From a virus: a DNA stretch of 64,000 nucleotides. The notes under the pieces are model-generated. The model saw only the letters and a program-made list of their open reading frames with translations. It was not told where the DNA came from and ran no database searches. The translations under genes were made by a program, and so were the position numbers. The stretch covers positions 17,874 to 81,873 of IMG/VR virus record IMGVR_UViG_3300032157_000004; one strand, given 5' to 3'. Below, piece after piece: positions 53,996 to 63,509 of the stretch; position 1 is the first letter of the stretch; each line of letters opens with the position of its first letter.

Positions 53996-56021
53996 CGACT
54001 ATCTCTCTTAGAACACCCATCATGCCTTCATTGACTGTCCAGGTGCGATGAAGATCATCGACCACACGGACTGCGTAGGTATAGAAACCGCTAAGCTGGG
54101 CTGTGTCTTGGGCTGTCAGGTCTACCCAGATCGTTGCGCCCTGCACACGCACACCATTATCTAAATTTTTCTGGAGAACTAGGCCAGGACTGTAGATATA
54201 AAAAGCTATATCTCTGGACTTGTCTACGGGAATTTCTTCACGCTTGCTATTTTTGACGGTAATTTCTAGCGTATCTGGCTTACCCCGCTCGATATTCCAG
54301 CCGCCCTCTACCCAGTCGGGATGGGCTGAAAAAAATTTTTCTTCTTCTTGAAAAATTTTTTCAGGATCAAGTTGGACGGGAATGTTAAAAATTAACTCTG
54401 TCTTATCTTCAAGTTCCAGAGAGCGATTTTTTTCTTCTTCGTCAGCGCCAAAGTCGGGAATTAAAGCCGCTGGCTTAACCAGAGAAAATCTTTCTGCCTT
54501 GAGTGCATCGTCGCCACGCCGGAACAAGACTTGTGCTTTACGATTAGGCCAGCTATAACGCACAATCGGCTCATGTGGAAACTGAAAAGCAGCACGGCGT
54601 ACTTCTTCATTTTCCATGAGTTGCTGGCGATAGAGCCGTTCGATTCCTGCTGCATCGGTGGCTTTGGCTTCTTCGTCGTTGTGTGTCCAGGCGTCGGGAA
54701 TCACGTTATATCCAGCCAAAAGAATTCTCGCTTCCTCCCAGCTAATCAAGGGTTTAATCTCTGGATTCTCCGGCTGCACAACCGGATCGCCGTCACCGCC
54801 CTGGTCGCCTCTTGGCCCTGGCACTTGAGAACCTTTGCCGGAATAAAGAGTCGTAACAAGATTAGCGGCAAGTTGAGCAACTTCAACATCTAGGCGCATA
54901 CCCTCCTGGTCGCGCTGCTCAAACTCAAACAAGAGGCTGTTGGGAAGTTCTCCCTGAATTGCCTCTTGCATAGCCAGCATGAAGTTCAAGCCGCCTTTGC
55001 CAGTGCCTTTTCTATGCTGGATGTCAGTCTCTCTACCTCTACCGAGTTGACCTGCGAGAACGGGCCAAAACTCGATAGGATCGTAACCAATGCAAAGAGC
55101 ATAAGCATACATGAGAAGATTAGTGAAAACTTCCAGATCGAAGCCTTCTGGGAGTTGGGAGAGAGCAACCAATTTAGCGTCAACAGCGTCAACGCCTGAC
55201 TGAGCAATGACAGCGACCGCATTATAGTATTTCCTCATGTCCGAGTCGAGCTTGGCATCGCGCACCCGCATAGCCTCATCCCACTGTTCCTGTGTGATGT
55301 TCTGTAAAAGCAAAAGCCCTTTGGGTGCGCGTGCGCCAATCATCTCCATCTGATGTGAGTAGATCCCCAGCATCAGTTTTGCCATATCCAGCGCGCGACT
55401 GGTGGCACAGTAACCCAGACCATTAAATTTATCTTTGATATTCTTGAGCGAGACAAGCCGGAAAAAATCATCATCTCGCCAGGGATATTTACTGCCGTCG
55501 TATTTGAGCGGTCTGTCCACATCACCAGTCAGCATACATTTAGTCGGATCAACATGGTAGAGCGCACGCATCGGCCCGCCTCTGCCGTCTCGTCCTATTT
55601 CTGTGATCGGGCCAATGTCTGTGACATAGAAGCCGCTGGATTGCTGGCTAATCCACTGTCGCCAACCGGAACCTTTGTCTGCTCCCTCCAAGATGGGAAC
55701 AAATCTAGCAACCTGGTTGCGCCCGCCAATCATCGTCCAGCCACGATTGGTGTCAATCATGTTGACCGAACTGATAATCCCTGCCCAGTGCGGCTCTTTA
55801 GTGTAAAACTCAGTGAGCCAAATATCTCTGGAGCGACTGTCGGTGCTGTAGCCAGGTTCTTCTTCCTGAGCATAACGCACCCAGTTCATCACACCTGTAA
55901 AAAAATTATTATTATTTTTTTGACTTGAATATCGTGGCTGCTTTGAATTGACCGACCGCTGTTCCAGGCGCTCGTAAGCGGTTTCCAGTAATTTGTCGAG
56001 TTCTTTCGATGTTGGCGGCAC
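53988..56021 (-). CDS. Portal protein with extra C-terminal domain
   Basis: Directly after the terminase; PMRALYHVDP..C, GYCA.SRAL, APKGLLLL, ALCIGYDPIEFW. Confidence 0.78.
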   Translation of the reverse strand: MPPTSKELDKLLETAYERLEQRSVNSKQPRYSSQKNNNNFFTGVMNWVRYAQEEEPGYSTDSRSRDIWLTEFYTKEPHWAGIISSVNMIDTNRGWTMIGGRNQVARFVPILEGADKGSGWRQWISQQSSGFYVTDIGPITEIGRDGRGGPMRALYHVDPTKCMLTGDVDRPLKYDGSKYPWRDDDFFRLVSLKNIKDKFNGLGYCATSRALDMAKLMLGIYSHQMEMIGARAPKGLLLLQNITQEQWDEAMRVRDAKLDSDMRKYYNAVAVIAQSGVDAVDAKLVALSQLPEGFDLEVFTNLLMYAYALCIGYDPIEFWPVLAGQLGRGRETDIQHRKGTGKGGLNFMLAMQEAIQGELPNSLLFEFEQRDQEGMRLDVEVAQLAANLVTTLYSGKGSQVPGPRGDQGGDGDPVVQPENPEIKPLISWEEARILLAGYNVIPDAWTHNDEEAKATDAAGIERLYRQQLMENEEVRRAAFQFPHEPIVRYSWPNRKAQVLFRRGDDALKAERFSLVKPAALIPDFGADEEEKNRSLELEDKTELIFNIPVQLDPEKIFQEEEKFFSAHPDWVEGGWNIERGKPDTLEITVKNSKREEIPVDKSRDIAFYIYSPGLVLQKNLDNGVRVQGATIWVDLTAQDTAQLSGFYTYAVRVVDDLHRTWTVNEGMMGVLREIVDA

Positions 56022-56307
56022 GTTCTCTCTCCCTCCTGGCTGCGATTGCCCACAGCATAATTTTCAACTCATGCTTGCGTGTCCAACTTGCGTTATGCAC
56101 CTTATCGTGACACTGGCGACAAAGGGAGATGCAGTTCTCTCTGGTTGTATGCAGTTTCACATAGTCAATGTGGTGAACATCCATTCGCCCCGCACAATTA
56201 CAGATAGCACAACAATAGTTATCCCGCTGGCGAATATATTTTTTAAATTCTTCCGTCCACTCAGGCGGATAGCCTTGATTTTTTAATTTTCTATTCGATC
56301 TTGGCAC
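55912..56307 (-). CDS. HNH endonuclease between terminase and portal
   Basis: IRQRDNYCCAIC...DVHHIDY...ENCISLCRQCH. Confidence 0.8.
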   Translation of the reverse strand: MPRSNRKLKNQGYPPEWTEEFKKYIRQRDNYCCAICNCAGRMDVHHIDYVKLHTTRENCISLCRQCHDKVHNASWTRKHELKIMLWAIAARRERERAANIERTRQITGNRLRAPGTAVGQFKAATIFKSKK

Positions 56308-58046
56308 TAGCTAGACGCTCCCTGTACCCATCCTTGCCCAATGGGACAAATACTAGCGATGTGGGCATAGGTTTCTGCATGAGCATAGTGATCTGCACGC
56401 TTGTTGTCAATATAGGTTGCAGTAAGGATTCCCGATGTTCCTACTTCTTTCTTGATCTTGATGGGAACCCGCATCTGGTTGTAATACTCTTTGATGTTTC
56501 TGGCATGGGCAGGGAGAGCCGACAAATGCCCGTAAAAGCCCGCAAACATGGCGTCTAAGGCGCGTGTACGATCAATCAGAACAGTCTTTTCAAGTTGGTT
56601 CCAGACTGCGTATTCTTCTTTTTTATTGCCGACTGGTTGGTTAGGATAGTAGGCAAGCCATACTTTTGCAAAAGGATATTTTTCCTGAAATTTTCTCGCT
56701 TGGGTTGTCTCAGGCAATGCATCGACCACAATCGTTGTAGGTCGATAAATTTTTACCAAATTATCCAGCGTGTCCCAGTCGGATTCACCCGCATAAAGCT
56801 GGTAAGTCTCTTTGGAAAGAAGGTGAACACCTGTTCGCACTACTACATGCAGGGTGTTGCCGATATCGACCCCCATATAGCAGTTCATATAGTGGTTAGG
56901 CCCATGCCCGTATTCTCTGCGACACAGGTCTAAATCCTCAGAAGTTAAGCTGCCCCCTTTGGGAACATAGGGCAAACCCAAGTCCTGATTCCAGGCTTCG
57001 CGTTTTTTCGTCTCGTCTACTGTCTGTAGATCTGTGACAATGCTGGGAATATTGCTAAAAGGCGAAAAGAGCTTGGTCAAGTGAAAGCCTACTTTTTCTA
57101 CAGAAGGAAATTCAGCTACCCACTCTCCCTCTCCCAGACGGTTTAATTTCCACCCACAATGACGACAGACAGGCCACGCATTGTTCTGGTTTTGACCATG
57201 CCAAGCAATCGGACGTCCTAACTTATCCCACTCGGTTACGATGTCGTCAATGGTGAGCGGCTGCTTTTGACCGCAATGATCGCATTTGATAAACCACTGG
57301 CGCTTGTCAGTTTCAGAATATTCGGCGTCGATACCGTAGCCAGGATAAGTCGGAGTGGAGACATAGAGGACAGTCGCCAGTCGTGAGTGACCAAGCCGCT
57401 TCTGAGTAATAGCGGGCGCTCTTTGATCGAGTTCATCTAGTTCATCCAATACAATCATGTCGGCGTCAATCGACTTGAGCTTAGGCGCGTTGCCGTCCGG
57501 CTGTACCTGAGAACCACGAAAATAAAGATGGCGATGTCGAAAGCGTTTGAGGGTAATACGGTCGGAGCCTTTTAGACCGCTGGCACTGGAGCCATCGATC
57601 AGAATTTGAGTAAGGTACTCGGAGGCTTCAATCGCAGGGCCAAGCCGTGCTGTAGAAAAGTCAGAGACAGTCTGCTCAGTCGGAAAAATATAAAGCACGT
57701 TGCCGTCTAGCTGATCACAGGTATGAATAGCCTTGCTCAACAGCCACTCGGAAACACCTGCTTGGCTGGATTTCATCACCACAATCTCTTTGGCTGTACA
57801 CTTATACAGGTCAATAAGATACTTGTGGTGTTCGATATCAAAGGGACGGTTAGGAATCAAAAAAGGACGCTTCTTAATCGTCCATTCCAGTAAGTCAGGA
57901 AGATCTTCTTTGGGCATAGTTCGCAGAGCGATCTCTTTGGGATCTTCCCGTTCTGGGGGAGCGAAGTCAAACCAGCCTGTATCCAGATTCAGGTCTAGCA
58001 AGCCTCCAATCTCTCCAACCAGTTCTGCTGTATTAACCTTAGCCAT
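56307..58046 (-). CDS. Terminase large subunit (lambda GpA-like)
   Basis: VVMKSSQAGVSE, LKSIDADMIVLDELDE, STPT, WFIKCDHCG, C-terminal DHYAHAE nuclease motif. Confidence 0.9.
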   Translation of the reverse strand: MAKVNTAELVGEIGGLLDLNLDTGWFDFAPPEREDPKEIALRTMPKEDLPDLLEWTIKKRPFLIPNRPFDIEHHKYLIDLYKCTAKEIVVMKSSQAGVSEWLLSKAIHTCDQLDGNVLYIFPTEQTVSDFSTARLGPAIEASEYLTQILIDGSSASGLKGSDRITLKRFRHRHLYFRGSQVQPDGNAPKLKSIDADMIVLDELDELDQRAPAITQKRLGHSRLATVLYVSTPTYPGYGIDAEYSETDKRQWFIKCDHCGQKQPLTIDDIVTEWDKLGRPIAWHGQNQNNAWPVCRHCGWKLNRLGEGEWVAEFPSVEKVGFHLTKLFSPFSNIPSIVTDLQTVDETKKREAWNQDLGLPYVPKGGSLTSEDLDLCRREYGHGPNHYMNCYMGVDIGNTLHVVVRTGVHLLSKETYQLYAGESDWDTLDNLVKIYRPTTIVVDALPETTQARKFQEKYPFAKVWLAYYPNQPVGNKKEEYAVWNQLEKTVLIDRTRALDAMFAGFYGHLSALPAHARNIKEYYNQMRVPIKIKKEVGTSGILTATYIDNKRADHYAHAETYAHIASICPIGQGWVQGASS

Positions 58047-58728
58047 TTTGATCTACTGTCTCTAAGTGGGCTGCGATATTCTTAATCGCCTGTTGAGATC
58101 GTCCTAATGCCGACAAGACTGTCAGGAGCTTGTCTGCTTTGACTTCAAGAAAATCTGCCAGTTCTCCTGCTGACTGTAACAGCACCCATTCTTCTCTCTC
58201 TGTAATCAAACTGATCGCCATCAACGACTTAAACTCCTGCTGGATAAAGGCCATCAAAATATCATTTAAGATATCCCGACGTGCAATCGCTTTGGTGTAG
58301 GCTACAATGTCTGCCCAGCCTTCAACCGACCCCTGATTGATGCCGTACTGTGCCGCCACTAAATTAGGAGGTTGCCCCATCAAAATCGCTGCCTGTGCAG
58401 CCGCACGCACAGTTTCTTCTTTGGTTGGCCCAGGTTGCATGTTTTCCAGAGCAAGTTCGCTGTCGATTTTTGTACGGTGTTTGATCGGCATGGAACTCTT
58501 GGGTTTTCTCGGATTAAAAGTTCTTTGCCCACCTTTCTTGGGTATAGGATTATTTTTAATTTTTTTCGTATTCATGGCAACAAGAAGCTGCTCCTCTGAC
58601 GGCATTTTTGGCGCAGCCGCCAATCTTTGCTCTATCAGAGGAGCAAGTTCATCCTCTTTTTCCTCAGTTAATTCTTTCGCCAGCTTGACGATGGCTTCAC
58701 GGCGTTTGTGGCTTGTTAGTTTTCTCAC
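58039..58728 (-). CDS. Probable terminase small subunit
   Basis: Immediately upstream of terL; HTH-like segment (LMGQPPNLVAAQYGINQGSVEGW). Confidence 0.55.
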   Translation of the reverse strand: MRKLTSHKRREAIVKLAKELTEEKEDELAPLIEQRLAAAPKMPSEEQLLVAMNTKKIKNNPIPKKGGQRTFNPRKPKSSMPIKHRTKIDSELALENMQPGPTKEETVRAAAQAAILMGQPPNLVAAQYGINQGSVEGWADIVAYTKAIARRDILNDILMAFIQQEFKSLMAISLITEREEWVLLQSAGELADFLEVKADKLLTVLSALGRSQQAIKNIAAHLETVDQNG

Positions 58729-59092
58729 TGGATGATCCCGCTTGTTTGCTGAGTGCCGATGCTACAAGGATAGCACCGTTGATTGTCTCGATCAACTGGT
58801 CGTCTGGAACCTCCCACTCATCGGGAATCCACTTCTTCGCCATCATGTAGGCTCTTTCAAAAGCCTGATTGTTATTGGTGATCTTGCCTTCGCGCCGCGT
58901 CTGTTCGACTGCGTTGACGGCTAGTTGCACAATATCACGAACTTCTAGAGCCACCGGACGTGCCTCTGCAACTGCTTCCAAGACACCAGGAACCGTGATC
59001 TCTTTGCCTTGCTGGTGGCGCAAATAGATGTCATAGCCAACTAGCGCCACGATCACCAAACCCATCACAATCGTCAAAATATTTTCAGGCAT
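58697..59092 (-). CDS. Holin-like membrane protein
   Basis: N-terminal TM helix plus AVNAVEQ...IETINGAI pattern reminiscent of LL-H-type holins. Confidence 0.5.
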   Translation of the reverse strand: MPENILTIVMGLVIVALVGYDIYLRHQQGKEITVPGVLEAVAEARPVALEVRDIVQLAVNAVEQTRREGKITNNNQAFERAYMMAKKWIPDEWEVPDDQLIETINGAILVASALSKQAGSSSEKTNKPQTP

Positions 59093-59093
59093 G

Positions 59094-59243
59094 TTATTTC
59101 CCCGTTAAAAGCCCTGCGGCCAAAAGCAAAACACCGATCACCAACAACACGATCAGGCTTGAGCCTGTGACAACTTGACCTAGCAGAGCAAACACCCCTG
59201 CCAAGACCAGCAAAACAATACCTATGATAGTTAAGATTCTCAC
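59094..59243 (-). CDS. 49-aa two-TM membrane peptide (not in the ORF track)
   Basis: GTG 59243 overlaps the upstream TGA (GTGA); MRILTIIGIVLLVLAGVFALLGQVVTGSSLIVLLVIGVLLLAAGLLTGK*. Confidence 0.7.
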   Translation of the reverse strand: MRILTIIGIVLLVLAGVFALLGQVVTGSSLIVLLVIGVLLLAAGLLTGK

Positions 59244-59617
59244 CGCTTGATTCTCCTCTCATCAATCTCCATTGCTTCCGTCTGTAACTTTGCCATCTCT
59301 GGAATAGCAGGGGTATTGTCGGGACGAGTTAGTGCTGTACCATCAACATCGGTAGGTTTGTCTAAAGGCGTCAGCGGCACACCAGCGGCAGTTGTTGGGT
59401 TGGCAAGCGGCGTTACCTTGCGTAAGGCCCACAGTGCTGTTCCCCACACCACCAAAATCGGCAAAACCGTGTCGATCAAGACGTTGGTCGCCGCCAAACC
59501 TTCATCGGTTAAATTCCACCACCCCATCGCCCTAAAGTAAGTAATAAAGGCTTTGATTACGATGATGAGGGTTGTCGCTCCAGCAGCCTGTTGCACAACT
59601 GGGTTGGAAAGATTCAT
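59240..59617 (-). CDS. Holin-like two-TM protein
   Basis: Two hydrophobic segments then VTPLANP; lysis-type cluster. Confidence 0.5.
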   Translation of the reverse strand: MNLSNPVVQQAAGATTLIIVIKAFITYFRAMGWWNLTDEGLAATNVLIDTVLPILVVWGTALWALRKVTPLANPTTAAGVPLTPLDKPTDVDGTALTRPDNTPAIPEMAKLQTEAMEIDERRIKR

Positions 59618-59669
59618 TAAAGTTTTCTCCGGTTTTCTTTAATTCAGGGGAAGAAATTAAAAAAAATTT

Positions 59670-60515
59670 TTAATCCTCCCAGAGTTTTCTTATTTTCTCC
59701 TTAACTTCCGGCGTGGCTCGATCAACAGCCCGCTTCAAAGCACGTCCTGGCCCAATACCGTTACCGATCTCCGACCAGAACAGTCTAACAAACGTAGATA
59801 GCTCTCGACTGGGTACGCTGCCATCTACTGTCACCACGTAGGGGACTACTCCTAGAAACTCCCCTATATACGAAGAATCTGCTCCGGCGACTACCAAGAC
59901 AATCACATCTTGCAGGATGCTGGAAAGCCAGTTAGCATCGACAATCTGGTTGCCTAGCTGATAGCCTTGTTTATCGGAAAAGACTGCCATATGCATGTAA
60001 ATTTTTACTTTTCTACCTCTAGCTCTCTCCAATTCTCGCCTAAGTACGCCTGGGGTGGGCGCAACCATCTCTTTGACTTCAAAGCCAGTCTCCATTTTGA
60101 CAGCACGAATACTTGCCAGATCTAGGGTGAGACTGGAATCCTCTGCGCCGATAACCACAAATAAAATTTTGTCGGAGGGAATAATCTTTGAGTCAGCCAA
60201 GTTTGCAATCTCACGGCTGAGTTTTTCATTCTCAGCCGTCAGCGAGTCACACGTTTCGCTTAACTTTGCATATTTGGTCAGTGTCTCCTGGTACTGCTGC
60301 ACGATGATCTTGACTTGGTTTCTTAGATTTTCAATCTCGACAATCTGATCGGCTACTTGTTTCTCAAGCGAACCAACCTTAGCTTGCAATATCAACTCTC
60401 TCTCGTTGCCGTCTAACTTGAAATAGCGTCTAGCTACCCATGTTAAGCTTTGCAAAATGACGAATCCTAGCACGATATAAACGATAGCTGTAAGAGAACT
60501 GGGGAACTGATTCAT
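59670..60515 (-). CDS. TM + coiled-coil + degenerate CHAT (caspase-like) domain protein
   Basis: Start 60515 (ATGA coupling); CHAT-like pattern with the catalytic positions substituted (see findings). Confidence 0.6.
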   Translation of the reverse strand: MNQFPSSLTAIVYIVLGFVILQSLTWVARRYFKLDGNERELILQAKVGSLEKQVADQIVEIENLRNQVKIIVQQYQETLTKYAKLSETCDSLTAENEKLSREIANLADSKIIPSDKILFVVIGAEDSSLTLDLASIRAVKMETGFEVKEMVAPTPGVLRRELERARGRKVKIYMHMAVFSDKQGYQLGNQIVDANWLSSILQDVIVLVVAGADSSYIGEFLGVVPYVVTVDGSVPSRELSTFVRLFWSEIGNGIGPGRALKRAVDRATPEVKEKIRKLWED

Positions 60516-60904
60516 CGTACCTCTACCAGATTCATGTAGAACACGCCATGCACGATGGCAATAGCAATGTAAGGCGACGACAACAAGAGATCGGTAGGTT
60601 GCCAGCCATTTTCCAAACCTCTCCACATTACCAAAAGCCCAATACCTAACCAAAAAAGCCACAGCAATGCGTGGGCAACTCGTCGGAAGATGAGATGATG
60701 ATGTCTTGGTGCAAAAAGAAGGACGATGCCTACTATGATTAGGAGAATTCCCCAGGAGTTGTCACCCGCGTAGGCGCGAGTTAGTTCTAGGCGGCTGGCT
60801 TGGCTTAGAACATCGCCAGGGAACAGAAAGAGGACACCCCAGAGAAGTGCCAGTAACGAAAGCACAATCTCTTTCATCCGGCTCAGATTCCATCCGAGTT
60901 GCAT
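60512..60904 (-). CDS. Four-TM membrane protein
   Basis: ATG 60904 after aaaggga; four hydrophobic segments. Confidence 0.65.
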   Translation of the reverse strand: MQLGWNLSRMKEIVLSLLALLWGVLFLFPGDVLSQASRLELTRAYAGDNSWGILLIIVGIVLLFAPRHHHLIFRRVAHALLWLFWLGIGLLVMWRGLENGWQPTDLLLSSPYIAIAIVHGVFYMNLVEVR

Positions 60905-60918
60905 GGGATTCCCTTTCT

Positions 60919-61010
60919 GCATAAATAGTATACTATCCAGAGTAGAATGTAAAGAGGCAACTTTAGCCATTTGGCGATATACACAGCGGTTCTTATATGC
61001 TATACTACGC
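60919..61010. promoter_or_regulatory. Divergent promoter region between the leftward and rightward gene blocks
   Basis: Minus strand TTTACA-17-TACTAT; plus strand extended -10 TGcTATACT; gene orientation switches here. Confidence 0.45.
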
Positions 61011-61040
61011 AAAAATAGAGAAAATTAGAAAAGAGAAAAA

Positions 61041-61265
61041 ATGAAATTAGCTAGATTTATTGCCATCCTTAGCTGGATCAACCTCACCGCACTCACCTGG
61101 GCGCTTTTGCTCAATCCCTATTTAAGAGAGCATCCTGGCGCTGCTACCTGGACGGCGATCTTTTTTCTACTTGTTGCTGTCATCTTCACATCTTTATCTC
61201 AGGAGAAAAATGAATCTAAAACCATCCCTACCCAAAGAAACGATCAATCACCCGACACACTATAA
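61041..61265 (+). CDS. Small membrane protein
   Basis: Two hydrophobic segments. Confidence 0.55.
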   Translation: MKLARFIAILSWINLTALTWALLLNPYLREHPGAATWTAIFFLLVAVIFTSLSQEKNESKTIPTQRNDQSPDTL

Positions 61266-61503
61266 CGAGTCACCAGCGACCTGCGAGAAGTGTGGTAGTC
61301 GCATTGAGTGTATCACTGTCGTCCGCCACTTCAATTTTAACCTGGGCAACGTGATTAAGTATATCTGGCGGGCTGGTCTGAAAGATCGAGATGCTCACCT
61401 GGAGGACTTGAAGAAAGCAAGATGGTATTTAGACGATGAAGTTAAGCGTCTGGAAGGAGAAATAAATGGTACTACCTCCACCCCTACGACTGGTCATCCG
61501 TAA
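61210..61503 (+). CDS. DUF3310 (SaV-like) protein
   Basis: NHPTHYN...IECI...FNLGNVIKYIWRAG.K...EDLKKARWYL. Confidence 0.85.
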   Translation: MNLKPSLPKETINHPTHYNESPATCEKCGSRIECITVVRHFNFNLGNVIKYIWRAGLKDRDAHLEDLKKARWYLDDEVKRLEGEINGTTSTPTTGHP

Positions 61504-61756
61504 GTTACTTTACTGTCGAAACATCGTACTGCGAAGGGAGCGTGTGATGAAGTGGTTTGTTAAGGATTCGCCAAGTGAGGATCGAGTTGTAGCCGAAGCC
61601 AATGCCTATATCCTCAAGACTCTCTCTGACGCCGATACAGTAGGTCAGATTGAGGCTGGCACAGAACGCAACGTGCGTGACCAGTTGACGGTCGAACAGG
61701 CAGAGGAGCTTTATCAGGAAGAACGGCTGCGTAACTTTGGGCATAAAAGAAACTAA
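61466..61756 (+). CDS. Hypothetical protein
   Basis: 96-aa ORF with aaggag RBS. Confidence 0.5.
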   Translation: MVLPPPLRLVIRKLLYCRNIVLRRERVMKWFVKDSPSEDRVVAEANAYILKTLSDADTVGQIEAGTERNVRDQLTVEQAEELYQEERLRNFGHKRN

Positions 61757-61758
61757 CT

Positions 61759-62004
61759 ATGCCCGCCAACAGCGCCCTACTGAAAATTCTCAGCTACTCA
61801 CCCGATCCTGCCAACCCTGGCAAGTTTATCAAAACAGGCGAGTTTGAGGCGACACCTCACATTGTCCGCTGCGACTACTGTGGAGGTAATACACACAGCA
61901 ATCAGACTGCTTGTGAAAACTGCGGTGGGCCAACCCCACAAGAAAAGGAGAAGCCAAAAGTACCCAAACAACCCAAACCCAATGTGACATTCGAGTACCG
62001 ATAA
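61759..62004 (+). CDS. Zn-ribbon hypothetical protein
   Basis: CDYC...CENCGG. Confidence 0.55.
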   Translation: MPANSALLKILSYSPDPANPGKFIKTGEFEATPHIVRCDYCGGNTHSNQTACENCGGPTPQEKEKPKVPKQPKPNVTFEYR

Positions 62005-62028
62005 ATTTTTTAATTTTTTCTAGGAGGA

Positions 62029-62622
62029 ATGATGAAAGACGATCTAAGTTTGATTGCTGTAATCCTTGACCGATCCGGTTCGATGGGCAGTCTAAGAGCC
62101 GCCACCATTAACAATTTCAACCAGTTTATCGAGACACAGAAGGCGGTGCCTGGAGAAGCGCATTTTTACTTCTGCCAGTTCAACACCGAAATCCAGGTTG
62201 CCAACCAGTTTAGTAACCTGAGCCAGATGACCGACTTGGGCTTTTCGGACTATGTACCCGCTGGCGGCACAGCCCTACTAGACGCCGTAGGCCAGACGAT
62301 TGATGCTATCGGCAAACGACTGGCAGAAATGGACGAAGCCGAGCGTCCTGCTAAAGTCATCGTTGGCATTCTTACCGATGGACGCGAAAATGCCAGCCGC
62401 CAGTACAACAAAGAAACAGTGGCGGGCATGATCAAACATCAACAAGAAGCCTACAAATGGGAGTTTCTGTTTATGGGGGCCAACATCGACTCCTTTGCCG
62501 AAGCTGCGGCACTCAATATCGCTGCCCACAACACTATGAACTTCGACCATTCTGTTGTCGGTGTTAGAGAAGCCAGCAGCTTCTTGACAGCGAACGTAAC
62601 ACGGATGCGAACGGGGGGCTAA
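62029..62622 (+). CDS. vWA domain protein
   Basis: ILDRSGSM, GGTALLDA, ILTDGRENAS, WEFLFMGAN. Confidence 0.85.
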   Translation: MMKDDLSLIAVILDRSGSMGSLRAATINNFNQFIETQKAVPGEAHFYFCQFNTEIQVANQFSNLSQMTDLGFSDYVPAGGTALLDAVGQTIDAIGKRLAEMDEAERPAKVIVGILTDGRENASRQYNKETVAGMIKHQQEAYKWEFLFMGANIDSFAEAAALNIAAHNTMNFDHSVVGVREASSFLTANVTRMRTGG

Positions 62623-62624
62623 GT

Positions 62625-62813
62625 TTGGTTAGATTCATCCGAATTAAAGAATATCACATCAATGTCAACAACATTGCCTTTATCGACACCAAAGCCTATG
62701 TGCCTACAGATGGCGAACCACTTCCTGCTTTTCACATCGTCTTTAACAGTGCCGTAGGACAGCGGGCTTTAGACTTATGGCTGTCGGGAGAGTACCTGAC
62801 AGCCGCCGAATAA
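62625..62813 (+). CDS. Hypothetical protein
   Basis: 62-aa ORF in the operon. Confidence 0.45.
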   Translation: MVRFIRIKEYHINVNNIAFIDTKAYVPTDGEPLPAFHIVFNSAVGQRALDLWLSGEYLTAAE

Positions 62814-62847
62814 GTTTTTCAGACCAAATGGGGAAAAGGGGCCGCAC

Positions 62848-63423
62848 ATGCCGAAGATGGGCAATCTGACACCGCTGATGACATCAGCCAAGACTGACGG
62901 AGCCGACCGTGACGAGTGGCGCACTCCTGAATGGCTCTACAAACTCCTGGACGACGAGTTCAAATTTGACTTAGATCCAGCGGCGACGGACGGCAACGCC
63001 ATCTCGCCTTACTACTTCACCCAAGACGACAATGGGCTGGCGATGCCCTGGTGGGGTAACGTCTTTGTCAACCCGCCCTACTCAAGAATGAAAGCCTGGG
63101 TAGAGAAGGGCTACACGGAAATCCTCAATAACAACTGCAATTTGGTTGTGATGCTGATCGCCGCCAGGACAGACACAGTAGCCTGGTGGAACTTTATCCG
63201 TCAGGGGGAAGTGCGCTTTTTGAAGGGGAGGCTCAGGTTCGGGCTTCCCCTAGAGTATATCGCAGAACAACAACAAAAAATTTTATCAGGAGAATTGCCG
63301 CCCGACCATAAAATTAAAACTTTACACTCAGCACCGTTCCCATCGGCTATTGTTGTGTTCAGGAAGCACTTTTACCGTCCAGGCACGATCTATTGGGAGG
63401 TCAGCCATAAGAAAAGAAGATAG
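62848..63423 (+). CDS. Phage DNA N6-adenine methyltransferase (Dam-like)
   Basis: DEWRTP...FDLDPAA...DNGL..PW.G.VFVNPPYS...IAARTDT.WW. Confidence 0.9.
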   Translation: MPKMGNLTPLMTSAKTDGADRDEWRTPEWLYKLLDDEFKFDLDPAATDGNAISPYYFTQDDNGLAMPWWGNVFVNPPYSRMKAWVEKGYTEILNNNCNLVVMLIAARTDTVAWWNFIRQGEVRFLKGRLRFGLPLEYIAEQQQKILSGELPPDHKIKTLHSAPFPSAIVVFRKHFYRPGTIYWEVSHKKRR

Positions 63424-63509
63424 GATTAGTTTCTGTATCTTCTGACAGGAGTGTGGGAGTTGTGATAAGATCGTGGTCAATCATCAGAAACTATCCTTTC
63501 TGGTGAAAA

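Noticed and set aside
59074-59265. 63-aa ORF-track call
   Set aside because: Wrong frame; the overlapping GTG-initiated 49-aa hydrophobic ORF (59243-59094) is translationally coupled and far more plausible.
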